A DNA stretch of 64,000 nt from positions 186,001-250,000 of the forward strand of contig JAAOMT010000226.1 of NCBI GenBank assembly GCA_016748015.1, read 5' to 3'. The notes below the pieces were generated by a model. The model had not been told where the DNA came from. It worked only from the letters and a program-made list of their open reading frames with translations, and ran no database searches. Positions 1 to 13,460 of this stretch are shown here, piece after piece; the first letter of the stretch is position 1; the number at the start of each line of letters is the position of its first letter. The translations under genes and the position numbers were made by a program. This DNA comes from Geosiphon pyriformis uo1 (lineage: Eukaryota; Fungi; Glomeromycota).

Positions 1-382
1 CTTTTTTTATTATTTTTTTATCTTCTTTTATTTTCTTTTGTGTTGTTTGCTAATTGATTAAAAAATTAAACACACAAAATTATTGATGTTAAAAGGACTA
101 GTAAAAGACTCAGAAATAAGAATAGATATTCGAAATTAAGAGATAGCTTACCAGAGAACCAGTCATCAAGCTGAAAAATAAATTGATAGAATAATCATTC
201 TGGAAGACTATAGACAACAATGCATACTAACTTAAGAGTTAGAAAAAAAACTAAAAACATTACACCAAGATATTAACATTGAATCTTTGTTTATTATACA
301 AAAAACTCAACTATATTACTTATTAAGTATCAAGTTATGGATTTGTTATTTGTATCAACATTCCAAATAATCACCTGTAATA
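1..382 (+). repeat. 3' part of the 5' LTR of G1, ending TGTAATA (decayed TGTAACA)
   Basis: Aligns by eye with ~8960-9330 (ctagtaaaagac...; ttatgg.tttgttatttg...caaataat.ac.tgtaa.a). Followed directly by TT-TGGTGC, a PBS-like sequence. Confidence 0.75.
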
Positions 383-2100
383 TTTGGTGCTTCCTGTAAA
401 ATATAATTTAACAGAGAACCAGTACCAATAGCAATCATTCAAAACAGTGGCAGAATCAAAAGTAACAGGGACAAACCACTTGGAATTCATGAAAGCTTTA
501 TTTCAACACTATTAATCTTACCTAGAATTAACAAGTAACTATTGGCCAGCAAAATCAACTTTCAATTTCTACATCAATAAAAAGATCAAATCCTATTTAG
601 AAGATCAAAGAGATTCAAAAGCAGTACTTACCAACTTTTATAGTGAATTATTTTAGAATACCATGCTTTTACAAAATTATTTGTTCATTCCAATAATTAC
701 AGAAATCAATAGAAAAATTAAGAAACACACTAAACAGAAATTTTTTATTATCTTTGCAGACAAAAACAAAGAAAAGTTATAAACACCAAAAAACATATAA
801 CTATCTACTTAGAAAAAACCAAGAATAGTTTTATTTATTTACTCATTATATTTTTATATACCAGGAAGTATCATCAACATAATATTAGTAGATACATCTA
901 CATTAATCATGAAAACACCAGCAATAAAAATTATGTTCTAAAGCCAACAAAAAAAAACCAATTTATTAGAAACTTATGGCAATTACTTTGAAAAATTTAA
1001 ATTATGATTACTTATACCATTAAGATTTTGATTACTACTATCTCAACCCAATTTCAGAGCCACTAGTCCTTGAAAAATAACCAATTTGAAAGAAGAAAAA
1101 AACAAAGATCAGGAATTTACTTATCAAAATTTGATCTTAGAAAACCCAGAAATTCAAATCCCAATTGTTCTAACTCAGCAAAATCAGAACAATCCAAACT
1201 TCACTCCTATTGTTCTTCAAAACTTACCTTCAGTAATTATGATTGATCTATTACTAGTTGTACCAATAGCTAACTGCAACAATTTCAACCACAACAATCA
1301 TAATACTTACAACTGTTATTTGCATCAATGGTCTACATACCAATTGTAAAACTTGAGAAATTTACTGGTAAAAAATACAACACACAAGTTTGGCTCAACA
1401 ATATAGAAAAAGCCATCACAGGCAATCCCATATTTTTTTCAAGATACTGCTGACTCATAATATCAAAGCTTGATCCAAAAATCTCAAAACTTTAATGCAT
1501 TCAAACTAGAATTTCTAAGATATTTTAGTAATAATAATAGCATTAATTACTTAGCAAATACTTTTACAACTATCAAACAAGAAAATACTGAAGCAGTCAC
1601 TACTTACTTAGAATGTTTTTATAGAAACCTACAACAAATATAAGCAATTGACATGAATTATTTTACAGCACCACAGATTTTAAACCAGTTCATTCATAGA
1701 CTACATAGTAGTATTCTACAACACATATATCCAATGCATTTACAAACACTTCAAAATGCAGTTACTTATGCCCAAAATTTTGAATTGGCTGAGTTAGAAG
1801 CCAATTATGCTTAAGCCATTAATTTAGTAATAAATAGATTATTTGACTTGAATTCCAAATTAAAACAATTCAATGATTTTAATCAATCAGAAATTGGAAG
1901 AATACTTAACAAACAATCAGGCAATTTATTAATCTCTACAATATTGCAAAAATCCAGAAAATTCTAATTGCATTTAACACCAGCCACATCTATCATTATC
2001 AAATTAACAGTGATAGCTAAAAATACAAAATTGCTACCACTATAGTAGACAAGACTATTTAAAAATAGATTGCCACTTTAAAAAAAATAACCTATGATCA
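337..2100 (+). pseudogene. G1 gag pseudogene (N-terminal extension, retrotransposon-gag core, decayed CCHC knuckle)
   Basis: KFTG...WLNNIEKAI...FNAFKLEFLRYF...TIKQ...EAVTTY...ILNQFI (1350-1800) matches the gag of G2. Knuckle remnant CYHY..QDY.KIDC at ~2032. Confidence 0.75.
385..396 (+). promoter_or_regulatory. Putative primer-binding site of G1 (TGGTGCTTCCTG)
   Basis: TGG, the complement of tRNA CCA, lies 2 nt after the LTR end. The tRNA identity cannot be determined by eye. Confidence 0.55.
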
Positions 2101-2639
2101 AAAAATCAATATCAAAAATTTTGATCACAGATTTTAAATAAATTATGCCAGTAATTAATTACCAAAACAATACTAATATTAATCATATTATACTCAAGTG
2201 ATGTAATTAATTTATTAGCTACCAATCTATTAACTACCAATATTAGTAATTTATTAATCACTTTAGTCCCAAATTATTTATCAACTCCAACCAAATCAGA
2301 ATTAGTTACAGAATCTATCTCAAAATGGAAGCCAAAGACCAAAAACTACCCAGATATGTCAGAATTAGCAATCAGCAATGGTAATATATTAACTAATTCT
2401 CAGTTCAACTGTCTAGCAATCTGGATTTTAACAGCAAAATTTGGGAACTAGTTATGTCCAACACTATTTAAGTCTTTTGGTATCTCCCAAAATTAACACA
2501 CCCAATTTATTGGAATCCAATCAAACTCAAATATCTTTTAACAATATTTTATTAGCTATTATTATTAAAGACAAATCACTTACTGCCATCTTTTCTTTTG
2601 AACTCGAGAGAACAGACAAAATGCTTCTATTTAGTAAAC

Positions 2640-5600
2640 TTATTACTGTTATATATACTGATGTTAAAGTAGATAGCTATTTGATCAAATTAATTTTGAA
2701 TAGTGGTTCAGCAGACAGTATTATTACATAACAACTCATAAACCAATTAGGTTGCCAAGTTGATTGCACTGCCAGTGCCAGGATCATTATTGTTAATAAA
2801 GTAACAAAAATGCCTATTAGTGAGATTAATGACTTCTCTTTTAAAGTCAATAGTATCAACATACCCATCAAAGTATTGATAATGAAAGCTATACAGTACT
2901 ATGCTTTAGTTGTTAATAACTGGTTGTTTAAGACCAATGTTATGTTCAATTAAAACATTCAGGAATTACAACTAAGCCAGAATGGTCAGAACATTTAAAT
3001 ACCAGCCATTTGTGAATATTTTAAGACCACCAAGAATAAGCAGCCACTAATTAAGTTTGAAGAGGAAAAAAAAAATTTACCTGGGAAGCTTACCAAGTTT
3101 CCTGGGCTGACAACAACTATAACAACTTATTACCAGTACTTACATAAAAAGAAAAAAAAAAAAAGAAAAAAAAAACCCCCCAAGCAATTATCTTTACATA
3201 TATATTATATACTGCTACCACTCAATGTCAGCCAAACTATTATCAGCCCAAGCTAATTTGTGTTGATTATAACAAAAAATTGTTAACAATGAGCATATGT
3301 TGTGGTAATGATAAGGAATGGCCAATAGCAATAAAATATTACTATTGTTCATGCATCTTTGAATGCTTTAGATAACCAAAAAAATGAGAAAAATAGGACA
3401 ACAAATCATGTTTTGCTTGTGGGAAAACTTTTTTAAACAAAAAAATATAGAACAACATTCTTAGTTATAAAGGAATGTATAACAAATTATGTCAATATAT
3501 GATTCTAATTAGTGATTAAGTAAAAAAAAAAACACCAATAGATACTGCCTAGAAAAGAGCTGTAAAATATTTGGACAGTTGTCTATACAACAACAACAAA
3601 ATCTGAAAAATGGCAATCACCAAAATCAAAAACACAACTCCAAAAAAAATCAAAATAATTAAAAACAACTCACCAGAACCTGAAGAGATTATTTAAATCT
3701 CAAACTTCAATATTATCCTTAACAGTATGGATCCAGAACAATTTTATGAATACTACCAAGAATTAGCACTCACTAAAAAAAAACAAGAGCAACATTTAGA
3801 ATAGCTCAATACTTATCTATGTAACTACTATTTAATTTTGTGTGATTTCCAGTATTGTAATAATTGTGACATTATTTACAATCTACTATCATACATAATC
3901 TATTCGATCTTTGAAGAAAAAAAACCAATTAGCAAATGCACCATAGAATTGGAATCAAAATTCAATCCCAATTCAGACTCCAATGATGACAACAACAACA
4001 GTTCTAACTCCATTTACTATGACAATAACAATAACAATTCAAACTCTGATTATAACTTCAAACAATATATTATGCTACCTGATCTTTCTAAAGAGCAGGA
4101 ACTAAAATAATTCAGTAATAACAATAAAAGTATTATGTCTAAATGTATACATAATAGTAATGCAAGATTTGATTTAAGATATCCAAGAAAAAATGCCATA
4201 AAATTGGAATCATATTTGTGCATCTGCATTAATCTGAAAATAGCATTAGAAATTCCGACAACAACTATAGTGCAATTAGCATCTAGATCTAGTCTAGCAA
4301 AGAAAAAAATCAACATCAAAGGAGAAATAATTGATACAAAATATATAAAAAATATTATTACAATACTACAAAATGATTCGGAAAAAGAATATATTATTGA
4401 ACTAAATAAAAAGATAGCACAAATAATATTCCTACTTTTAGTGAAAATAGCTCAGTTAGTGCCAGTAGAAACAAGAGAAGAATTAGGAATTATAACCAGA
4501 AAGAAAAATGAATTTGGATTCATAAATAGAATAGAGATATCAGTTAATATGGCAGAGAAAAAAGTTATTGACAAGGAAAAAATTATCTCCATCCATTAAT
4601 CAATTTCTATTCTATTATATAACCAGTATTTAGCAATTATAGAAAGAAAAATAAAAGACCAGCCACAGATTTTTGAAGCAGAAGTTATCATTTGTAAATC
4701 AGGAAAAATTGGAATCATCAATCTTTACATACCAGCCAAAAGCTCTAAACATATCAAAATTTTTATCTACAATACAACTAAAGAGATTCTTAAAATACCA
4801 AAAGAAACCATCATTGAATATTTATGTATTGAAGTTGAAGACCAATTACCAAACACCATTCCAGATTTTTTACAACTGTGTGGATATGTAGATATCACAT
4901 CACAAACAATATATGAATAAAAAAATGTTATTTGCTCCAACCAGAACAATTAGAACAAATAAACTTGAAAAATTTAGTCCTTTTCAACATATACAACTTA
5001 AAATACTATTTAATAAATTTACTAACATCTTTGTCAGTAAAAATAAATTTGGCAGAACTGACATTATTTAGCATCAGATCAAAACTGGAAACACAATGCC
5101 AATTAAACAAAAAGCATACAAAGTACCATCAGCAAGCCATGAAATCATCTAACAGAAAATCAACTAAATGTTGAACAACAAGTTAATTCAATCATTAATG
5201 AGTTTATGGTTATTACCAGTAGTACTAGTTTATAAGAAAAATAGAAAAATCTACTTTTGTGTGAATTACAGAAAGCTTAACAATATTACTTATGGAGACA
5301 GTTATCCAACTTCACAGATTCAAGAATTATTTGATGCATTTGGAAAAAAAAAATAGTTCTCTATATTAGACTTAGATAGTGGTTACTGGCAAGTAGTCAT
5401 GAAACCAGAAGACAAAGAGAAAACTGCATTCACTACAAAAGAAGAGAATTTTGAATTTAAAGTCATGCCATTTGGCTTAACTAACACTTCAGCCATTTTT
5501 CAATGGTTTATGAAAATTGTCTATACTGAACTGCTTAGTAGTTGTATATTTGGACAATACCAATAGTTCTTAAAAACATTTGATGATTATTTGTATTACT

Positions 5601-7620
5601 TCCAGCAAGTATTTGAAAGATTGAGAAAAATAGGATTAAAACTGAATACAACCAAGTGTTTTTTTGGTAAAACAGAACTAAAATTCTTAGGACATATCAT
5701 AAGCAAAGATAAAATAAAAATGGATCCAAACAAGATTGAAATCATCAAAAACTTTTTAGTACCAACTAATCTTACAGAATTAAGAGCATTCTTGAGATTT
5801 GCTGGATATTATTGCCACTTTATCCAGAACTTTTCCAAACTGACTCAACCATTTTACCAGCTTCAAGTCAAGAATGTAAAATATAAATAGAATGAAAAAC
5901 AACCAGAAGCTTTTAATACTTTAAAAAAAAGCTCATTCAAGTACTAGTATTGATCTATTCAGATCACAATAAACCATTTATCATTACCACTGATGCATCT
6001 GGCCAAGCATTGGGAGCAGTACTATTTTAAAGAGAACTAGATGGATAAGAATATCTAGTAGTATATGTAAGCTGAAGTTTGAGCCCAGCAAAAAAGAATT
6101 ATAGAACACCAGCACTAAAATATTTAGCTATTTATTGGGCAGTTTTGAAATAGAAGGAATACTTAAGCCAGAAATTTAACATATACATTGATCACAAAAA
6201 ATTAACATCAATTCAAAAACAGAAATTTGGAGACAATTACTATGTCAGATAGAAAATAGAACTTTCACTATTCAAATATACTGTATGTTATAAAAAGAAA
6301 AAAAAATAGAAATACTAACAGTTTATTATGAATAAGACAAATCTAAGAAAATTCTAATCCAAAAATATAACAAAAAATGAATACACAAAAATATTAACAA
6401 CTCCAACACTATATTAATATCCAGCAGTTCAAGAAGAAATTATTTCAAAAAGAATGAAACAACATAAAATAACAATCCAAATATTTTATTACTTACCAAA
6501 ATATATTATATCAGAAAAATAGAAAGGATTTAGATCAATTACTTAGAGTAATCACAGAATCAGAAAAAGAAACAATACTATATAATATGTACTCAAATCT
6601 AACAGCAGGACATTTTTATAAAGAAATAACTATGGAAAGAACCAAAAAAAGATATTATTGGCCATCAATATATCTAAACATTATCTAATATATTCAAAAT
6701 TGTAATACTTGTCAAAGAAAAAGAGAAACAAGACCCAGTAAACCACTAAAACTAATTAGAGTAAAACAACTATTTGATAAAATTGAAATTGGCTTAGTCA
6801 AACTATTAACCATAATTAGCAAAGACAATCATTATATAGCAGTAGTCATGGATTATCTTACAAAATGGTTAGAGGTGAAAGCAATTCAAAAAGCAGATAC
6901 AGAATTTATCAAATTCGTTTATTAAGATTTAATTTGCCAATACAGATGTCCAAAAGAATTATTATTAGATCAAGAAACTTATTTTGTAAATAGAACACTA
7001 ACAGAATTAAGCCAAAGATTTGGAATCAAAAGACTATTATTATCATTATATTATTCACAAACAAATGGTTTAATAGAAAGATTCAACAAAATATTGTGTG
7101 AAACAATAGCCAAAATCAGTCAAAAAAACCAGAACAAATGGGATTTGTTTATACTATTAGTTCTATTTACTTATTAGACAATGAAACAAGATATCACACA
7201 AGCAACACTATTTGAACTTGTTTATAATAGCAACATTACCAGTTAAAATAAAAGTCAATATGTATCCAATTGAACCAATAAATAAAGCCAATTTCTAAAA
7301 AAAATTGCTAAAAAAAACATATAAACTAATAAAAACATTAGAAAACAAAAGAAAAAGAGCAGTTGATAACATTCAAAGGTCACAAGAAAAACAAAAAAAA
7401 ACAATATGATAATTAGCTACCAGATAAACCAGTGAAATTCAAGATTGGAGACAAAGTACTTTTGCATTATACCAAAATGGAAAAACAATGGAATGGAAAT
7501 TTTGATCCCAAATAAAACAGACTATTTTACATAGAAAAAATTCTAGGAAATGGAGCTTATAAATTAAGATAGAACAACAAAATTTTAGCCAAAGCAGCAA
7601 ATAATGATTGACTAAAACCA
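2640..7620 (+). pseudogene. G1 pol pseudogene: PR (~2640-3030), Cys-rich insert (~3250-3890), dUTPase (~4100-4530), RT (~5050-5890), RNase H (~5940-6330), integrase with GPY/F-type tail (~6560-7620)
   Basis: ORF fragments 2441..2731, 3838..4110, 4135..4599, 5168..5356 and 5591..5890, plus manual reading through stops. Confidence 0.88.
4100..4530 (+). pseudogene. dut: Trimeric dUTPase domain of G1 (decayed)
   Basis: ORF 4135..4599 has ARFDLRYP (motif 1), ASRSSLA (motif 2), GEIIDTKY (motif 3), KIAQII (motif 4) and a decayed motif 5 (RKKNEFGF). Confidence 0.85.
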
Positions 7621-7799
7621 TATCACAATATAGCATCATCAGCTATTAGTAATATTCTACAACTAAGAGTACAACAAATACTAGTCCAACCAGATAAGAT
7701 TTTATGAGATCTAGAACCAATTATAATCATTGATTTAAATATGTCAAGTTAATTAATCAAAAGTATATAAAGACATAATATATATAACAAAAGCAACAA

Positions 7800-8458
7800 A
7801 GAAAATAGAAATACTGAATCATATTTACATCTTAGCTCAACAATTATTTCAGGCATTAAATCAACAACAATTAGACATAAAAATTATCATCAGCTACCAA
7901 ACAATCTGCTATTGGAATACCAAACAAGATAGAAAAACAAAGAATACACTATATCAGCAACCACAGAACCAAACAAAACACTGATTGGATAAAATAATAG
8001 AAAAAGTAAAGAACACTTTTGGAAAAATATCTATTATGGCTCCAACAGAAGAACTCTTAAAAGAAAATTGGAAACAGTAAATAAAACAACTTCCAATATC
8101 ATACTGTTACTATCAGTTGAAACAAAAGTTAAATATTCAGAAGTTATATCTTAATAAAACCAAAAAATATTCAATTAAGAGATAATACAAAATGTTAAAA
8201 ACATTATTAGAAAGATAACAAATCTGATAATATACATTAGAACAATCTATTAATTACACACAATATTTCAAAACTACCCAGAAATATTGCTACACTTCAA
8301 CATGAAGACAATAATCATTAACCAATGAAAGAAAATGAACAACTCACAAATCAAAGATATAAGAAACAGAGTTAAACAAATAATATTAGAGAGAAAAGTT
8401 ATGGACCTAATTTAAAATAAAAATTTCGATAGAACTCAATATTAAAAAAAGGAGATAA
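7800..8458 (+). pseudogene. G1 extra ORF downstream of pol (ORF3), decayed, unknown function
   Basis: Read through its stops it gives ...QQLFQALN...QLPISYCYYQL...IFQNYPEILL...ELNI. This resembles G2 ORF3 (QQLFQKLM...YLPIYRYFHIG...LFHICENIL...ELNL) and occupies the same position, ending in the PPT. Confidence 0.55.
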
Positions 8459-9330
8459 TATTATTTATAGAAAAAGTATACAAGAAAATTAGTAGAAAAA
8501 AACAGATAGACCAATAGGAAAATAGTAGCTAACATGTGAGCACATTGCTTAACAATGTAGAGTATTGTCAGGAATTATAGCACATTGCTCAGTAATATGG
8601 AACGATGTCAGAAAATTATGGCACATTGCTCAGCAATGTAAGCATTGCTTGAGAAATTATAACACATCACTTGGGAATATAAGTAATTTTGTAGGACCCA
8701 AATTATGTATATATAGTAAAAACATTAGAAACAAAAAGTGCAAAATTCCTCAGATAAAATTAATACCAAGATCTTTTTGGTCAAAACCATCTTAGTTAGA
8801 ATTATTAATATGAATAAAATAATTATTTATCATCTAAATTATTTTCTTCACTATTAACACTTTATGTTGATATTATTTAATACTTGATTACACTGGAACA
8901 ATAACTCTTGATTATGGCTATTAATAGGATACTAACTCTTTTTTGCCTTGGCTTATTTTATTTTTCTTTTCATTATTTTTATTATTATTTTTTCTTTATT
9001 TTTTTTGTTTGTTTTACTAAATTGATTTACAAGTGGAAGTACTTACATCAGGATAAGGCACTAGTAAAAGACCTAAAAATAAAAGTAGACATTCAGATTT
9101 AAGGATAGATTATTAGAAAATTGCTGACCACTATGCTGAGAAAAAAATTGATGAAATTGTAATTTCAAGAGGTGATAGAAACCACTATTAAATTTCTGTC
9201 CATTATACAAATAACTCAACTAAAACCTTCAAATCACACAATCTTCAGATATTATCTATCATATCAGCTATTAAGCACCAATTTATGGGTTTGTTATTTG
9301 ATTTAAGATCTCAAATAATTACTTGTAACA
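8459..9330 (+). repeat. 3' LTR of G1 (~870 bp), preceded by a polypurine tract (aaaaaaaggaga, 8444-8455)
   Basis: PPT followed by TATTAT (decayed TGTTAC); ends TGTAACA at 9330. CCAAT at 8511, TATA-like sequence at ~8709. The 3' half is similar to 1-382. Confidence 0.75.
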
Positions 9331-9670
9331 ATATATACTATCAAAAAATCTGATAAATTTATCACATATTTTGATCTACTACAAGCTGGTTCTCAAATAG
9401 TGCCAATCAACTAAGTCATATGCTTTGCACATATTCTATAAGACCAATTAAAGTTCTCTGTTTTTCTTTAGAGCATCTTTAACCACTAATCTAACAGCAA
9501 ACACAAGAAACTGAATAGATGTACCTATTAGAACTAAAAAGTTATCATTACAAAAAACACCAAATATGTTATATGTAGATAAGATCCAATCAGATAAAAC
9601 TTTAGAAAAAACCTTTTTGGCAGTTTTAATTAGAATAATAGGTTAAGTATTTATAAAAATTTTATTCCAA

Positions 9671-11194
9671 TTATAAGATTTAGAAATTATTAAGATTCAG
9701 ATCTTTTTCCACAAAGCAAACACACTACCAATAAACAAATATATATTCAATAATTCTAAAAAAAACTCTGCCATCCTAGTATCACTATGTTTTTAAAGTT
9801 TATTAAGAATACCAGACAAATTAACAGTCTTGCCATTAGGTAAATTATTAATTACTGAAAGCAATTTCTTTATACTGATTTTCTTTATTATGACAGAAAA
9901 AGCATTATCTCTTACATAATCTAATAGTACATATTAAAAAGCCCAAAAATCAAGCAATGTCACAGACACAGTCTGTTTCTTTATCTAATCTTCTATAATT
10001 ATATCAACACTAAGCTTTATCTCCTCTGGTTTCAAAACCAATTTATTATTTACTATTAAATAATCTAAAACTATTTTATAAAAAGACTAATTTAAAATAT
10101 TTGTAATCATATCACCTTTATCAGAACTAAAATTTTCCATGTGCTTCTTAATTGCCTTTTTGATAAACACTTCTTTAACTAATCTTGACTTATATATCTT
10201 GGATTTTTTGTATTTTTTATGAATTAATAACAAATATTTGATGATATCTATAAATTTTTCATTATTCCACATCATATTAGCAACTATGATAGTCTTATTT
10301 TTATCCAAAGTTGACTATTTTCTAATAAAATAGTTGAATTTAGACATATTATTTAAGCCTAAATTTTTGACAATTTTGGCAATTAATAATTTCAATTCAA
10401 AAAACTTAGAAAATTGAGATGTGTATAAGAGACAGAAATACTATCTTATTTATAAGATTTAGAAATTATTAAGATTCAGATCTTTTTCCACAAAGCAAAC
10501 ACACTACCAATAAACAAATATATATTCAATAATTCTAAAAAAAACTCTGCCATCCTAGTATCACTATGTTTTTAAAGTTTATTAAGAATACCAGACAAAT
10601 TAACAGTCTTGCCATTAGGTAAATTATTAATTACTGAAAGCAATTTCTTTATACTGATTTTCTTTATTATGACAGAAAAAGCATTATCTCTTACATAATC
10701 TAATAGTACATATTAAAAAGCCCAAAAATCAAGCAATGTCACAGACACAGTCTGTTTCTTTATCTAATCTTCTATAATTATATCAACACTAAGCTTTATC
10801 TCCTCTGGTTTCAAAACCAATTTATTATTTACTATTAAATAATCTAAAACTATTTTATAAAAAGACTAATTTAAAATATTTGTAATCATATCACCTTTAT
10901 CAGAACTAAAATTTTCCATGTGCTTCTTAATTGCCTTTTTGATAAACACTTCTTTAACTAATCTTGACTTATATATCTTGGATTTTTTGTATTTTTTATG
11001 AATTAATAACAAATATTTGATGATATCTATAAATTTTTCATTATTCCACATCATATTAGCAACTATGATAGTCTTATTTTTATCCAAAGTTGACTATTTT
11101 CTAATAAAATAGTTGAATTTAGACATATTATTTAAGCCTAAATTTTTGACAATTTTGGCAATTAATAATTTCAATTCAAAAAACTTAGAAAATT
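9671..11194. repeat. Exact 745-bp tandem duplication (9671-10415 = 10450-11194); probable assembly artefact
   Basis: Identical ORFs 10087..10308 and 10866..11087 (offset 779). The spacer contains an adapter sequence. Confidence 0.9.
10417..10435 (+). other. Tn5 mosaic end / Nextera adapter AGATGTGTATAAGAGACAG (library contamination)
   Basis: Exact 19/19 match to the synthetic Tn5 ME sequence, at the junction of the duplication. Confidence 0.97.
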
Positions 11195-12774
11195 ATCTGT
11201 TTTTTAAACACTAAAATTCACTAAACCAATGTCTTAAAAATATTTTATTAGCCAACTCTATTATTATCCTCTCCAATAGCATTTACATAGTATCCAAATT
11301 ACTATTAATCCTAGCATCCAAAAACTTATCACCCATTCTTAAAAGTTTAACAGAAGAACATTTCTTAAATCATATTTATTTGGCACTATCAGCATTCTTA
11401 ATATTAAACTTTCAATAATTTTTATTAACTTGTTTGTGCAAATTATTTAAACAAACATTCAAAAATTTTTTCAAACCAATTAACACCAAGACAGTCTTGT
11501 AATTAGTGGCAAAAAATGTAAACACAAAACCAATTTCATAATTAACAACTGCTGATAACAAGCTTTTACTAATAAAAATAAAATCCAAAATCTTTTTGAC
11601 ATCTCTCAAATTGTTTTAAGTTAAAGCTTTGATCAATAAATGTCCATCAAATAAGTTAACCAAACCCAAATCCAAACAAAACTTGAAACTCACACTCTTT
11701 CCAGACTTATTTTTATTGAAATCTCCACTCAAGACCACAAAATTGCTGGAGTTAACAGCTTTGGCAATAAGAAAGTTGATTTCTAAAGCTTAAACAAACC
11801 TAGTTTCAGTAGAAGCACCAGTATACAAACCCAAAACAATGACAGAAAACTTGCTTTTAAAAAGAAGCCATACTAAGATAATATGACCAAAAATTTCTTT
11901 TATCTTGGAAACATGATGAGCCAAAAAATTGTTCATAATAATAACTACTCCAGTATTAAAAAAACTCTTTTTTAAACCAGACATAAAAATATGTACTTCT
12001 TCAAACTTATTTGCAATCCAAAACTTAATACTAGATTTCAATTTTGTCTCCATTATAAAAAAATTATATTATCCAATTCACATATTAACAAACAATACCT
12101 TTCTGCTTAATAGAAACATTAATATCTTTAATAATACAAGTAGCAAATTTCTATACCAAATCAGTCATTAAGAAATAAAATTTTTTGCACTTAAACTAAA
12201 ATTATCTATTTTAGTCATTAAGTAATAAAAAAAAGACCACAGAAGCATCTAAAAAAATGTCATTATTATTATTATCTAAGAAGTTAATTTTTTTTAAAAA
12301 TATACCCAAAGCTTTTTTGGTTATCAATTTTGGTTTCTTGGACATTTGACTAAAGTTTCTATTATTAAACACACTTTTTTTACCATAATTAATACTGGTT
12401 TTTTTTATCAGAAACTTATTTTTTATGCCAATACTATTAGATTTAGTTGTATTACCAGTTTCAAAGCTTTAAAAACTTTTAACTACTTCTTTAATAAAAA
12501 CCAACTCCTAAGTAGCATTATTTTTTAAAGTACCTTTTTTTTTTTCTAGAAACAATATTTTTGCTATTAGTACTAAAACCAAAACTTTTAACAGACTTCT
12601 TTATAACAGCAATACTACAATTAACAGTGGTTTTATAATCAAGCAAAAACAATTTGAATTTATTATACTGAATGATAAAAACTTTTTTCAAAAAACTGAA
12701 TGATTTTTTTTTGGGAATTTGAAATAAAGAAGAAAAATAAGTGTAAATAATATAACAATATAAATTTTTTTTTA

Positions 12775-13460
12775 ATTTTTTTTTTTATTACAAGTTTTAT
12801 GAATGAAACACTATCTAGTACATAAAATCAAACTAAATGGAACCAACTAAATGCAGCTCATGTACAGACTACATGTGACCAGCCACTTAGGCCAGACAAG
12901 ACAACACTATGCACTTATACTGACAAAAGCACCACCATCCAAACCAGAAAAAAATTGATACAATTTGCATTTACTGAACCTAACAGCAAAAGATTCTATA
13001 ACACCAAGTATATTAACAATACTAACTGACAATCTGGAAACCACACTGCCAGACAAGCCAAAAACCAGACCATTATCCTCAACCAAGCCAGCTTTTTCCA
13101 TATCCACCCTATGTTTGGCCCTAATAGCTTATATTTTATCACAATATAACTCTTTCACAAACTTGATGAATTCAACAAGAGCTAAAACAGCTTCTTTTTT
13201 CTCCTCAAAAACTGAGACAGCTTCAGCATACCAATCTCTTATTACAAAATCTTTGTAAACCACCATATAAAGACTCACATCTGAATAATATGATGAGAGC
13301 AAAAGCAGAATAGCAGATGTAAACAGATTTGAAAGACTAGACATTGACAACCATTTTTTAGTAGCTTCAACCAAAATGTTCTCATGAAAACCAGAGTTGC
13401 TAGAACAAGTAAAAATATGGTTAGATAACTCTATTTTGCCATATATTAAGCACAACACCC
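12775..13460 (-). mobile_element. 5'-truncated LINE 3' end (C-terminal CxxC...HxxxC zinc finger, 3' UTR, poly(A))
   Basis: ORF 13129..13458 (LCLIYG..NHIFTC) and ORF 12907..13107. Conserved 3' UTR motif at 12850-12909. T-run at 12775-12786. Confidence 0.85.

Larger units (their letters stand above)
1..9330 (+). mobile_element. Degenerate Ty3/Gypsy LTR retrotransposon (element G1) carrying a dUTPase; its 5' LTR starts before the window
   Basis: Domain order gag, Zn-knuckle, PR (ILNSGSA, from DSG), Cys-rich insert, dUTPase, RT (PVVLVYKK..FCVNYRKLN; FLGHIIS), RNase H (TTDASG), IN (DYLTKW, QTNGLIERFN). RT-RH-IN order is Gypsy-type. Many stops and frameshifts. Confidence 0.92.
9331..12742 (-). mobile_element. 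Decayed, internally deleted LINE (5' UTR, ORF1 remnants, APE endonuclease, N-terminal part of RT), interrupted at 9330 by G1
   Basis: 12600-12742 is the reverse complement of the LINE 5' UTR at 33624-33770. ORF 11790..12053 (METKLK...WIANKF...VIVLGLYTGAS) is APE. ORF 11412..11609 (ILDFIFIS) is the APE C-terminus. RT remnant KICDKFIRFF at ~9350. Confidence 0.85.

Noticed and set aside
10417-10435. Natural Tn5/IS50 end as evidence of horizontal transfer
   Set aside because: The sequence is the engineered mosaic end, and no transposase or bacterial DNA is nearby.
10087-11087. Two identical 73-aa ORFs as a duplicated gene
   Set aside because: They are decayed LINE ORF2 fragments duplicated at an adapter junction.
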